From Paramecium tetraurelia (Eukaryota): a stretch of 64,000 bases of DNA. Positions within the stretch are counted from its first letter, which is position 1. The number at the start of each line of letters is the position of its first letter. The stretch covers positions 124,001-188,000 of the forward strand of contig CT868021.1 of assembly GCA_000165425.1 (NCBI GenBank), written 5' to 3'. The notes under the pieces are model-generated. The model was not told where the DNA came from and did no database searches. It was given only the letters and a program-made list of their open reading frames with translations. Shown in pieces: positions 30,201 to 43,310 of this stretch. A program made the translations under genes and the position numbers.

Positions 30201-30524
30201 CAATTAGGAAGGTAAATCATTTTGGAGGGTATAATTTACAATTTAATTTTAGGTTTGTTACAAAGTCCTTCATTTATGGAGAGATTCCAAAAACTGATTC
30301 TTAGTGTTTAGGTATACCATTCCTTAAAGAATTGTTTGGTCAATATATCTGAGGCTGATTTGTTGCAAACATTCCTGTAGGATGAGACTCTGGATGTGAA
30401 TAATGTGGCCTTGTCAAAGAAGATACAAATGAATAAACGCACAGTCTAATACATTGAGGGTGGGCACTCTATATTATATGAAAATAAGGATTAATTGGTG
30501 TAAATTTTAAACAGATTGGCTTGA
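27230..30524 (+). CDS. large hypothetical protein with C-terminal alpha/beta-hydrolase-like domain
   Basis: ATG27230 (MEDQLELTSQWGFY). C-terminal motifs IILHDMFES, LLLNTPGQAYT, ILGVGSGG and IEGGHSILYE; TGA 30522-30524. Confidence 0.65.
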
Positions 30525-30546
30525 CTAATATAAAAAATTTATTCAA

Positions 30547-31899
30547 ATGTATAAATTTCTAATACTATTGTAAGTATTCGTGTGGATAAGTGAAGCCAAG
30601 AGGATTCAAAAGAGTTTTCGTATCAGACAGCTTTCTGATTGGGAATATTTGACGAAATTCGGAGCTGAAGTTGGAGATGTCACTTATCATCTCAAATTCA
30701 GAATTGTTGGATTGGAATCGGAGGAAATGAGAGAACGTAATTTCCCGATTCTTTTTGAATTGTATTTGGATGAAGAATGGCCTGAAGTGTTGGAAAGACA
30801 AGAATGTGAGGTAAGTAAAATTAATTCTAAATAATCTAGAGAGCATCCTTAGCTAGGAGAAAAGAGACTATTTAAGTCCCGGGAAATGGAGAGTATTCAT
30901 AAATATACACAGGGACTATTAAGGCCAAATTAAGAGCTCATATGTGGTATTATGCCATATCTGATTGTCATCGAAGATTAAGAGATGAATTCAAGGAAGA
31001 TCAATATAAAAAGGTTAAATTTGAGGTGGATGTTCACATAAAGAATGTTGGTAAGACTGAATTCTCAGTTGAACAATTTGGAATTTAATATTTCATGTTT
31101 GCGGTTGTTTTGGTTGACATTGTAATGCTAGTTTATAATGGGTATTACATTGTAAAAAGACATGAAAAGTATGAGGAATTCAGCTTAGCATTGTTTCTGT
31201 TGGTCATTACTCTTTTCCTTGAAGCCATCTCTTACAGTGAGAATTTGTTGCACTTATGGGTATACAGCTATAACGGACAAGGAGTATTTGTCCTTCATGT
31301 GTTTTCAGTTATTGTATAGGTAACTCTTAATAATAAATGCAGATTGCTTCTCAATTCTCTTTAACAATGATATTGGTGATGTTGTCTTGGGGTTGGCAAA
31401 TAAATTTCACTAAATTCGACAATTTCGAGATATTTCTACCCTTATCACTATTAATAGCTTTCTTTCAATTAACTATAGTAGGATTAGGTTTCATCGATTA
31501 TGATGCTTATTATAAGGATCACTCTTATGAAGGGTGGGTTGGCTGGCTAGCATCCTTTATATTTATTGGAGAATTCATCTACTTTATCAAAGGATTGTCT
31601 AATACATATAAAAAGAGTACTGGAGCTGTCTAATAATTTATAATGATGCTTGGATTCTATGGAGGAATTTATTTCATCAGTTTCCCAGTTCTCCAGACAG
31701 TCAATTTGGTATCATTATTAGAATAACCATGTAGTTTGTTGCCAGGTATCTTAGACATAAAGTAATGGAAATAGGAACAATATCTTTTAGAACTGCAGCT
31801 ATTGTACTACTGACTCATTTGTTTACATCTAAGAAATCCCTATTTGCTAAAATATCATATGATAGCAGAAGTTTCTTGGATAGAAACAAGGATGATTGA
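30547..31899 (+). CDS. GPR180/TMEM145 (GOST) family 7TM protein
   Basis: Signal peptide, then WEYLTKFG, WYYAISDC, TEFSVEQFG, LHLWVYSYNGQG and MLSWGW, with about seven hydrophobic helices. Confidence 0.8.
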
Positions 31900-31931
31900 A
31901 TTTTTGTGTTAATTAATATTCATATAGAAAA

Positions 31932-33835
31932 TCAAAAATACTTTTTGTATAGCCATCCTGCTATTCCACAAGTAGCTAGTAAAACACCTGCTATCTTTAA
32001 ATTTTTGTAGGAGTCAGCTTTTACAGGTTCTTCTGTTGTTTCAATTTGCACTTTTGATTTACTTAATTATTGAGATTTTCTGTTTATGATAATGGTTGAA
32101 TCTTCAAGTATTGATTCTTATTAAATTAATTAAGGAATTTCATCACTGTCATTCAACTCAGTATCCTTCTCTTTGATGTCTTCATCTAATTGATCTCTCT
32201 AATAGATGCTTTGGAATTCTTCTTTCAATGTCATCACACCCATTTTATTGAAACTTGATTCTGATGAGATAGATGCAAAGGAAGGTTTATTTTGAAGATG
32301 CTTCTTCTTCTCACTAAAGGCTTCCCATTTCTTTTCTGAGTTCTTACTACTCGTATTTGGAGCTGCTGATCTCAGATACCATGGTTATTTATGAGAGTTC
32401 TATTCAGGAAGCTTGATATCTTCATCCGAAGAAAATTGGTTAACATCATTATCATTCAATTCAGAAAAAGCCCTCAGATCCTCTTAATTTTATGAGATCT
32501 ATCTCTATCTAATCAATTTCGCTCCTAAATTGTGATGAGTCTTAAATCTAAATGATCCTGATGTCAATACAGGGTCAATTGTTTATGTGTCCTATTATCG
32601 AGGTGAATTCAAACTAGAATCTTTCATATTAATCGATGCCAGTTCCCTTTTGATAGAGATTAATTGTGAAATGCTGTCTGCCACTTCAAGTTCTATATCT
32701 TGCCCTTATATTTAAAAATTCTTATACAAATCTTCAAGGTGCTCAAAAAGAATTTAATTATGTTATACATGTATCCTCCAATTATGAATAATTACTAACG
32801 AAGTTCTCAAATTTTGATTTCCTGGTCTAACTTGCTCCTATCTGATTTAGTTGACCTAAGTCTTTGGTTATTTTAATTTATTTCATCATTCGATAATTTA
32901 GATTCAAACCTTGTTATTGTAACTCATTCAAAGTGGATAAATTTTTATCATACATCTCTCGAGCCTATACATGTATTAACACAGTGTTTACATTTGAATA
33001 ACGACTTTTTAATTAATCGTTTTGCTATTTTAAAGAATGAGCCAACTTAGTAAACTCTATGTTTTCTTATTACAAAAGTTGGAGTTTCTCCTTGCACATC
33101 TCTATTCCATCTTAAAGATCTTCAAATTAATTTTAACTCAATTTTCTTGTATTGCCATTCTCTAAAACCTTCTCTATTCTTTACAACTCCGATTCTCTTT
33201 AATCTAGTCTCTAAAGCAATTACTGCCTTTACTCCTTGATCTAGTCCACTCTAAAACCCTGAGTTTGCAATAACTACTCTTATTACATTCTCTCTTGACT
33301 GATTATCAATATTCTTGAGGTAATCAAATTATGCTAAAATTCCCTTTATTAAGTTCTTTTAATGTAATTCTTGATAAACTCTTAAAAGATCTCCTCTAAT
33401 GGTTTGTTTGAATTGCTGATCTAATCATTCTTGCAGTTATACTATGTAAGTATTTAAACCAAATTTTGTTACCAACTCAAAGTTATGTGATTCATCTATT
33501 TAATTACTTTTATTATTCACATATCCAAATAAATCACTATAATTAATACTCATCCATCAATTCTACTAACTAAACCTTTAGTAATGTTATGTACAACTTA
33601 TTCTACTACCCTTCAAACAAGAACTAAACAAATGCTTCTTCATGTTAATTTGATAACTAGCCCTTTTAGTGATCTTCCAGTTTCTCCTCTTGATATATTA
33701 TATATCAATATTTCGGTTTTTTTGTCCAGATTGAACTTATCAATTGCATAAATATTGATTGATTTTCTCTATGCAATAATTTGAATAAGAACAGAGTAGC
33801 TTTTTAGTATCTCTAATTAAGATTAATATCTTCAT
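31932..33835 (-). CDS. hypothetical coiled-coil protein with C-terminal tail anchor (5' end uncertain)
   Basis: Frame IKEQRQQLLQRLDQRESELQRIEKVL... and C-terminus KIAGVLLATCGIAGWLYKKYF*. Exons upstream of ~33450 were not resolved. Confidence 0.5.
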
Positions 33836-34083
33836 TATATCCTTAATTTCTAAATATATAGAATCAGTAAGTTTAAAATAATTTTTTTAAGTATATCTTA
33901 ATAGTTAGCAACTTTTAAAGTTTATAATATATAATAAGAATCACAATCTCGTATGAATTATAATGAATTAAAAGTGAGATCTAATATTCACTTTCTTGTA
34001 AAGTCCCAATAGTGGATAAATGTTATTATATTATTATAACTTATTGATAGCTAAGCAATCAACCTTAAATATATTATAATAGA

Positions 34084-35512
34084 TCATATCTTGCGAATCT
34101 CAAATAGCTAAACTTTACTGTTTTGTTTGTATTGTAAGAGAGGATCAACATTTTAAGGATCTTTAATATGGAATGGTAACTCAGAGTAATATGTAATGGC
34201 CATTTTATATTCTCTACACAGTTCTTGAACCTTTTCTTTCTCTTACAATTCCAATAATTAAGAAAGATCACTGTAAATCAAAATCAATCTTCCTTTTGTG
34301 GAATCCAATGATTCAATTTACAAGTACCTGTTTGCAAATTCAAAGACTGACTTTAACATTATGCCATCTGGATCCGTGACTGTATTTTCAATTGAATCAT
34401 CTATGCGTAATTTGGATGCTTAAATCCGAGGTGGATTAGCAATGATCAAATTAAATTTAGCAGGATATCTAGGAAATGATGATGAGAACTTACTTAAAAA
34501 CAGTTAATTGATACTATAATGTCTCAATGTCTGTGATGTCTCCTAGTTCTGCTGTATAATTCTTATATTCCAAACACTAAGAATTGATCTTCGCCGATTT
34601 AACTGCATTTTCAATGTTGTCCAATGAATAAATATTGATTTCCTTATCCCTAAAGCTTCTCAATAGGACATCATTTGCTATGAATCCTAGTACTCCAGTT
34701 GCACAGCCCAAGTCAATTACGTTGTAAAGAGAAGAATGAGTGCTATGGAATAATGGATATCAATATTACACATCATGCATTTTAACTAATTTCTGCATAT
34801 ACGAATGGAATAAGACCTAATACTATCTTTATGAGGGAGGGAAGACACCATATAAAGCATAGATTTTTTTGTAGTTCAGAAATTCTATTGCCACCCCTTC
34901 TTTTTCGTAATTGTAGGCTGTCGCAATCCCCTAGTAAGCACTAAAAGGCAATAGGTAGTTGTATTTGCGATATCCTATTTGACTGACGTTTTCGGGTTAC
35001 TCTTCCAAATGATATTTCAAATCTCCGCATTCAGGCAATGTGCCTTGTATTCTGACTTCTCCATTGTAGCTCACAACCAAACACAACCTTGAAAGCATCA
35101 GCTTTTATTGATTCTGAATATGTCTATAGAGATTAAATATGTCCTTCGGGCCTTTGCATTTTGAGAATGGATTGCGAGGTCTCTTGGGCGTGCCGAAAAA
35201 TTGCAAATCTATCTACTTTTTGGTTGCCTAATAAATCTCGATCGCATTCCGTAAATGCATCTTTTCACAATCGAATATAATCAATGAATTCATGTCCTTC
35301 TTAAAAAGACTCTTAATGAAGCTCGATCCAACTCCATCCTCCAAGAAATATGCATTGGTAATGCTCTCTAATTGTTTCTAATGTAGGTATGGATTCCTTG
35401 TCATTTTTAGTAAACCATAGGTTGTGTCAAATAGCCCATCTTGATAGTGTATATTAACTGGTTCTATTTTAATTGAGGAACAAAAACAGAGCCTAAGTAA
35501 TCTATTTATCAT
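34084..35512 (-). CDS. class I SAM-dependent methyltransferase (MTS/HemK-like), possibly mitochondrial
   Basis: Motif I VIDLGCATGVLG, motif IV LIIANPPR, and upstream YALYGVFPPS. N-terminus MINRLLRLCFCSS is Arg-containing and lacks acidic residues. Confidence 0.8.
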
Positions 35513-35906
35513 AAATAAATTATTTAATATGCCACTACATACAACAAATGAATCTAAAATTATGATATTAAACTATATTGAAAAGAAATCTACTCTTTTA
35601 ACTGAAACAATTAAACTTCTTTCATTTAGAATGCAAAATTAAATTATCATAAATAATTTTGTACAAAAAAATAATTGTTACGCATTATTGAGTTCATTCT
35701 TTACATTTTTATTTAAAAACTCACTAATCCATTCTTTTAAGGGAGAATACCCTCTAAAATCTCCACTCCTTTATCCATAAGATCTCCTAAAAATCTTAAA
35801 GCCAATCCCAATATAATTTTTACATAATTTAAGCACTGATATTTCTGATAAATATTTGGATTATATTTTTTATTATATCAATATTACTTAAGATAATTTT
35901 CTTTGA

Positions 35907-36218
35907 ATGAGTATATCAGCACAACCAATCACAATTACAAGTGAAAAAGTTTTGAAAACCTAAGGGGATAGTTCAGAGAATGTGTTACCTGATTCTGATT
36001 AGGAGGATAATATGTAGAGCCCTTTTTAAAAAGAAACTCCATCCTCTTCCTCACAGCCTCTCAAACATATAAGCTTTAGTGGAACCGATCAAATATGTTA
36101 TTTTCCCAAAAGTGGTAAAAAAGATTTCTCACCCTCACCAACCAGAAAGAGCTCCTCATCAATTTAATCAATATTGAAAAATAAAGACAAAGTAATTTGT
36201 TTGACTGACGATAAATGA
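35907..36218 (+). CDS. small disordered protein (103 aa) with PP1-docking-like motifs
   Basis: Intronless code-6 ORF MSISAQPI...KHISF...SILK...TDDK*. Confidence 0.7.
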
Positions 36219-36465
36219 CTTATTATTTTTATGTTTATCTAATTTACATTAATTAATCAATCAGTAGATATTGAAAGGAATGATACATATAATTATATTT
36301 CCCTTATATGTAAACTAAATATAGTATTTAATTGATTATAAATTTAGTATTATTATAGCAACTGCTTGAATAATTAGTCTATATAATTTAAATTGAAAAC
36401 AAAGCAAAGACATACAGTTTAAGATCGAGAAATTATGCAATAAAGACTTAGTTGAATATATATTC

Positions 36466-38246
36466 TCATTCTTACATAGATTTTTTGACAAGTTTCCTGT
36501 TGTTGGGAATGGATGACTAATCTGTTCTAAACAAGTTGTCGTCATCTTCTGACTAGTTTCATAAATGATGAATATACCATCTAAGAATTCTTTAACTATA
36601 CAAATAGCGACGATGTCTGTAGTTCTTAACGAAAAGCATTCTAATAATTGTGATAATAGTGATTACTTATTTCATAGCCAAAAGACATGTGGCTAATTAA
36701 ACAGGAGTTAAGCATTCTTTCAGTTATTCCCACATTTAATCCACCTTGTTGGCTTCACTCTATATTATTTTTAGTTGAACTTTGATGTTTTAGATAGAAC
36801 TAGAATGTATAGAAATGTAATTTTACTCAGATATTGTATTTCTGACACTTTACAATTTAGATTTCATCTTCTTAACTTTAACAATCTATTCTGGTTTAAT
36901 CTCAGTCTTTTTAAATACATCCTTCATCCAGTCAGTATAATCACTAATATAAGATCTTTAGTACTCAGGTTGTTGAGCAAAGAAGTCTTTATCCTTTTCT
37001 AATGCATAAATAAGATATTTGGTTTATATTGGTAAGCATACTTCAACCATGGAATCAAAGTATTGTCTTGCCGCATCATTTCTTTCTTGACTATTTGAGT
37101 TCGTTCTATATCTCAAGGCATCTAGTACCATTGCTATTTCAAAGTTATCTTTATTTTTGAGTATGCAAGTCTCCAATTTATCAAATAATTATTGTTATTG
37201 ATCCAAAAAAGTTTAAAACTAGATGGATCTAAATTCAATACTTTCTCTTAAAATTTGTTACATATTTCAGTATATTTTGTTTGGGTTCTATTGGATTCTT
37301 TGACTTTGTCCAACTCTTCCTAAAGCTCCTTGACCTTGGTTTCCAATAATTCATAATAAATTTTCTTTCTTGCCCTTGAATTTTTTGCAGATTCCCTATT
37401 CTTGGCCAACTTTTATTGAACAGGATCCATATTACCATCAGGAGTCATTTGACTAGATTATAATTCATTTGAAGAGGCATCGAAATGATCTCTTGAAATT
37501 ATTGGGGACTTTCTTTATAGCTTTTGTTGACTCTTCCTATATGAATAGATTTTGTATTTACGATAATCTGGGCGATGACTTAGAGGCTAAATCAAGTCTC
37601 TATTAGGTCTATTCAACTAACTAAGTAATCTTGTTTGTATATATGCTTTTGGCTTGATTCACATTAAACAAATTCTTATTCTCTTAAATGATGTTGGAGT
37701 TTATTAGTTGTTTGACTTCAGGTTTAAATTTTGAACTTATCTATTCACCCGACTCTAATCTCAATAGCAATTTCTATATACCTATTTTCATTTCGAATTC
37801 ATGAGAGGATTATTAGCTGCTTTTCATTCCACTATCTAGAGAGGGTGCCTTATGTTCTTTTGAGTCTTCCTAAATTATTGGCTGGATGTTCAATCTCTCA
37901 ATTCCAATCTCTTCGAATTGCATCTCGAAATCACCACTCCCCCTAAAAAATACCCCTTTTTGTGTTTAAGGTTCTTAATATTCGTAGATTTGAATTGGAG
38001 CAACCACATCCTCCAATCCAACAGAAGAACGATATTATTCAGCTTACACTATAAATCCTGAATTCTATGCAAAACTCCCTCCTCCATTGGGACCAAAACT
38101 TTGATTGTCTTATTGCAATCTGCCAAAACTAGAGCCCAAACTAATAGGTGTAATTATCAATTACATTACTTGTCATTGAAACTACCCAAACCACTTTAGT
38201 TTTGCTAAGAAATTTCACTTCTATTTTATACAAAGAAATCGCTCAT
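36466..38246 (-). CDS. bZIP transcription factor
   Basis: Basic region and zipper QQKLAKNRESAKNSRARKKIYYELLETKVKELQEELDKVK (~37300-37425). ATG38246 (MSDFFVQN); ends KKSMQE*; several tiny introns. Confidence 0.85.
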
Positions 38247-38455
38247 CTTCCAATTATGTTTGTAAATTAATTTAATGAATTCTCACAGAAATCAAGAATT
38301 TATACTTTTTCTATCATTATTCAAACGGTTATGGACAGCTTAGAACTAATATAGAACCATAGAATTAACAAATTTTTTGTTTAAGATTCTAGAAATTACA
38401 AAGTTATGAGTTCTTCTTAATTATGCTTATAAAATGAAATATATATCATCATTAG

Positions 38456-38834
38456 TCATGAAAAAAAAGTAGTTGTTACTTCGACCTCTTTGTTGTTTGA
38501 TGTTTTAATGCTTTCTGTTTTTTAAGTTTTGCTTAATGAATTATTAAAGTCAATAAGATTTTGCAATCTCTCAATTTATTTCTTTTTTTCCTAAAAATGT
38601 ATTTTTCAATATAACTTCTCTTATTTATGCTTTCTATTCTTTATTGAATTTCTTGTGTTTCTCATTTCGTAATTTGATGTATTCCTCTTTTCGTTTTTAT
38701 TTAGCTCCAAACATACCACTCAGATACTCCTTCCTTTCTTTTTCATCAAATACAGCTGCTGTCTTGGTTCTGCTGATCTATTTGAATTAGTTTTTCTTTG
38801 TTGAGAAATTTCTACTCTTGTTTTTCTTCCCCAT
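38456..38834 (-). CDS. RRP17/NOL12 (Nop25)-like nucleolar protein
   Basis: MGKKNKSR...AVFDEKERKEYLSGMFGAKQKRKEE resembles the family motif FD...R.EYL.GF.KRK. Intron 38591-38615. Confidence 0.6.
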
Positions 38835-39698
38835 ATTAAAAAATAAATTATAAAATAATACTCATTAATATTCAATAAGTCTTGATAAAATAAGCATTAA
38901 ATTTTTATTTTATTAAATGTGCTACTTTGTGGCAGCAATAAGTATTCAACTGATTATTCGTTAAAGAATTAAAAATTCTCAAATCCGAAATCCATTTTAG
39001 ACATTTTACAAAAATCTTCTTTTAAGTTACATAATTACATCTCAGAATCGAGGATCTGCGTTTTGCAAATGTTAATTAAAAGTTTCATTAATAATATCCT
39101 GCATTAGTTCATCTAAGAATTTTGATTTTTTATCCCTACTATATCGAGCTAACTAAAAGCATGATCTATAAGATAGCAATTCTCAATTATTTTAGATTAG
39201 AATAAAGATTATCTTCTAAAGATTCGGAATCACAAACACTTTTTTCTTTAGATAAATTCTAGAAATTATTTTAATTGATGAACTCATTTTTAATCATTTT
39301 TTGGGCTTTTGTTTATAATCTATGCTCATCTATTTTCGTATTTTAATGATTTTGGTTTTCGTTTTGCAAAATCTACTTTAGTTATTTTACTTTTAAATAA
39401 TCACATATTATTTGAACCCTATGACGCAATTAATAAATTAAGCATCTAATGATTACAATTCTTTAGTTTATTTAATTAGAATTTAATATAAATTTTATCA
39501 TCGATTTTTCAATTATTATGATGTATATTCTCATATACTCAAATTTAAGATTATCTTTTGATAATATTTAAACTTATTTGGTTTCAGAAATAAGAAACCA
39601 TTTAATCTATTTTTTTTTGCTGTTCATGATAAAATGACTCAATAGAATAAAATTACATAGAAGATTAAAAAAAGTAAATAATTATATTGAATTCTATT

Positions 39699-41347
39699 AT
39701 GGAAACAAAAAAACCTATTGCTCTTTTATTAAGTAAGGTTGGCAGGGGAAAAACTTGTTTTTTCAATAAAATATGCACTCAATCCAAAAAAACGCAATTT
39801 GGTGGCTCTTCATGCACGAGGGAGATCTTTTTAAAATGCTCATCCTTTGGAAAAGGATTCTACTTAATGGATACACCAGGATTTGGATGTGATGAAGACA
39901 TAATAACCCATTTATCTGCTTTATTTGTAGCCGCCGAAAGACCCTTGAACGCAATTTTGATTTTAACAAAATTTGATCGATCTTGCGTTATGAAAGAGGA
40001 AATAAATTAAGCCTTATCCATGCTCTCTTAATGTAGAGAAATTATTATTGTTATTGTTACATTTTGGGATGATGTAGAAAAAGAACCATAAGAAAGTTAA
40101 GATAAATTGAAAAGTGACATTGAAGATTAAGTAATGAAACCGCTTAAGCTTAAATCATTTATATGTACAAGTAAGAGCACTACAGGAGATCTCATTTGTT
40201 CTTAATTAGATTAGTTAATTTAAAATAATGTAAAAAGATCAGTATAATTAACTCCATAAGAGTTTTCGTTTTAATTTTCCAAACATACATTGTTTTCTAT
40301 ATAGGATGAATTGGAAACACATAAATTAAAATAAGCCTTTTAGAATAAATGCGAAGTAGTGTTAAAATTTATACAATAATAACCAGATAATTCAGAAAAA
40401 ACATCTGATTTGATGCATGAGATAATACTACTAATTAAAAAAGAAGCCCACAAGACTGTTATGGAATTTACCAATTAAAATAGAGATAAGTTTGAAGAAT
40501 TAGTTGAAAAATTTGGAATTTGCGAATATACATATTTAGCCCACACTAAATTAAAAGCAGAAATAATGGGGACTCTAGAATAAGTCAAATAAATAGCAAT
40601 GTTAAAGATGTAAACTTACTAATTCCATTGTTATAATTTTATCAAAAAATGCCCTAATTGCGGTTTAATTTGGTATAAAGTTTCAGGTTGCGATGGTGTA
40701 ACATCATGTGGAAAAATATTACCAGAAAAAGACGAGCCAAAACACACACCTAAGCCAAAAAGATATCAAGTAATTTTTAATGGTTATGATTTGGAAATCA
40801 TTGAAAATATTTAAATTAACAATCAATCTAAAATTAATGATCTAACTATTATTAATGAACAATCTAATAATAATGATTAAAACTAAGGTCTTTTAGATGG
40901 CTAATCTAATGGTTTATTAGGATGTGGTATTGAATTTAATTGGAAAGAGACAGATAGTCTTACTGAATAAGAAATAATAGACTTAAGAGATACAGGATAT
41001 TTAGATATGTTGTGCATGGTTTAAGACAAAGATAGCAAGGACATAGAAAATGAGAAAAGGTATTTACAAAAAATTGAAGAATAATAAATGAGAGTTAGAG
41101 AATCTTTAAACAGACAAATTGAAGCAGAGAATAATAATTTTGAGTAAATATTTCAGTAAATATTAATTATATAAATAGGCAAAAGGAAAAAGCAAGTTAA
41201 AATGAATAATTCAATGAAGAAAGAAAAAATTCAGATTAATAAATTGCGATATCCTATATTTAATAGGAAAATAATTAAACTTCATTTAAAGACGATGCTA
41301 AAATTTAAAACGATTCATGCTCTATTTCAACTTGCAACATAAGCTGA
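39699..41347 (+). CDS. AIG1/TRAFAC-like GTPase with Cys cluster and C-terminal CaaX-like motif
   Basis: G1 SKVGRGKT, G2 SCTR, G3 DTPGFG, G4-like VTFWD. Cys module KKCPNCGLIWYKVSGCDGVTSCG...GCGIEFNW. Intron 41156-41178; ends CNIS*. Confidence 0.8.
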
Positions 41348-41435
41348 TGAGGATTTTTATTTGCATAAAAAAGTAGAATATAATTTTATAAATATCTTAA
41401 GAATATATTTATTATTATTTTTGTTATTTTAATTA

Positions 41436-43310
41436 ATGGGCCAACTTTAAGATATTCAAAAAGTGTTTGGAAGATAAGAACAAGAATAACAGTGTTTAAT
41501 GGTTTTATGTTTTCTAAAACAAAGTTAATATGATGAGTTGGAACTCTAATATTACAAATTCAAATAAAATTTAAATTTATTTCCCTCAATCGTAATGAGT
41601 CCCTTTAAAATTTTTATCAATAATGGAGAAATTTTCTAAAACTCTAAAGAATTTTTAGACTATATTTAATGTGTAAATTTGGAAGGAGATTTGAAAAGAA
41701 TTGTAATTTTTATGGATGGATGTTTGTAACAATCATTTATTAATGACTATTAAAAAATATATTTAAACGAAACTTACAATGAGATCTTTGAAATAGTTGT
41801 ATTTGATGATAAGATTACTGCTAGTTAGAATGATTACCCTTTACTCTAAAAATATTGGAAAAACATCACCATTTTTACTGATAAATAACAATGCTTTTTA
41901 AACTTTTTATAAGACTCCAAGGGTTAACAACCATATTTTAATAAATCCCTTTAACTGAAAAGTACTAAAGTTGATGAATAAATAATTGAAAAAGTTGGTA
42001 AACTAATTGAAATCGAGCTTGAAAGGTCAAAAATAAATTAATGTATAAGCGTAAATGAATTAGAAATAGCTTTCACTAGTTTTGTTGATTTTAGGAATTA
42101 ACTTGTTTAAAAATTGTTTATATAGATTCCTAAAACAAAATAAATAAATAATATTATATAGGGAAAATTCAATTATTAAATTATGGAACAAATTAGTAGA
42201 TATACAAATTTGTTTTTTGATTAATTATTTGAATGGATACAAAAATTTTAACAAACTTTTTATTTTTGTTAATATTGTAAGCTGTATAAATATTAATATT
42301 TAGATGGTTTTGTTAGTGCTGCATTTTTTAATGGATATTTCAAAAATAAATCTTGTTAAAATTGTTACCTTTAATAAGCCTCTTTTGATAGCTTAAAAAC
42401 TCTTTATCAATAATAGAGAAGAGGGTTTTCAATTGATCATTGTGTAAAATATCTGAGCTAGAATTAACCCTCCTTTGCTTAAGATAACAGACCAACAATA
42501 TCAAAAGTAGCCAATAATTTTAATCACATTATCCTAATAGGTAAAACTGGAGTTGGAAAAACAACTTTGTTCAATTTATTATGCGATGGAAAAGTTAACA
42601 GACTCAATGATCCAACCAAAAAATCAACCATAAAAAGGTGTCTAAATAGTAGTCTCACAATTCAGGACACTCCTCCATTTGAATTAGAAAATAGAGATTC
42701 AATAGAAAATAGTGAAAACGCTAAATAAACGTTTTCAACTATTCTAGCATAAACATAAATATCCTAAATATTCATAGTTGTTAAATATGACAGGATTCCA
42801 GTAATGAAGCAAAGTGCGTTTGGTTGCATTAAATTTTTATATCCTTTTAGAGATAAAATATCAATAATAATTTTTAATGATGATTAAAATGAAGTAGTAG
42901 ACAGATAGAATGATTTTGAGAAAATATTTGAAACTAATAAGATTTTGATATGTAACCTTAGATTTCAGCCAGGTACACTAAGCGAAGAAATATAAAATCA
43001 TTTATATAGTATAAGAGCATAGCCAGAATACTTAAACCTAGTAAATACAGATTTTGATATTAAAAAAAAGAAGAAAGAATAGAAGGTTTTTTTAAAAAAT
43101 TTGGAAAAAATTAACAATAAAATGAACGAAGATGATATTCAAAAATTAAATTAAGAAAATAAAGACATATCTAAAAAACTTGAATAACTAAATAAAGAAT
43201 AATTAGAATTGATAAAGAAATTAAATTCGAATTAATAAAAAATTTAGGATATCTACAGCGGTATGGTATAGAAATAAAATAACGCAATTTCATTAATAAA
43301 GCTTGATTGA
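41436..43310 (+). CDS. divergent P-loop GTPase-domain protein (~624 aa, apparently intronless)
   Basis: ATG41436 (MGQLQD); length is a multiple of 3. Has CQYC...CQNC, IILIGKTGVGKTTLFNLLC, IQDTPP, FIVVKYDR and a C-terminal coiled coil; TGA 43308-43310. Confidence 0.75.

Noticed and set aside
38780..38834. Suspected frameshift at the start of the RRP17-like gene
   Set aside because: Recounting the A runs shows ATG38834 is in frame with FDEKERKEYL.
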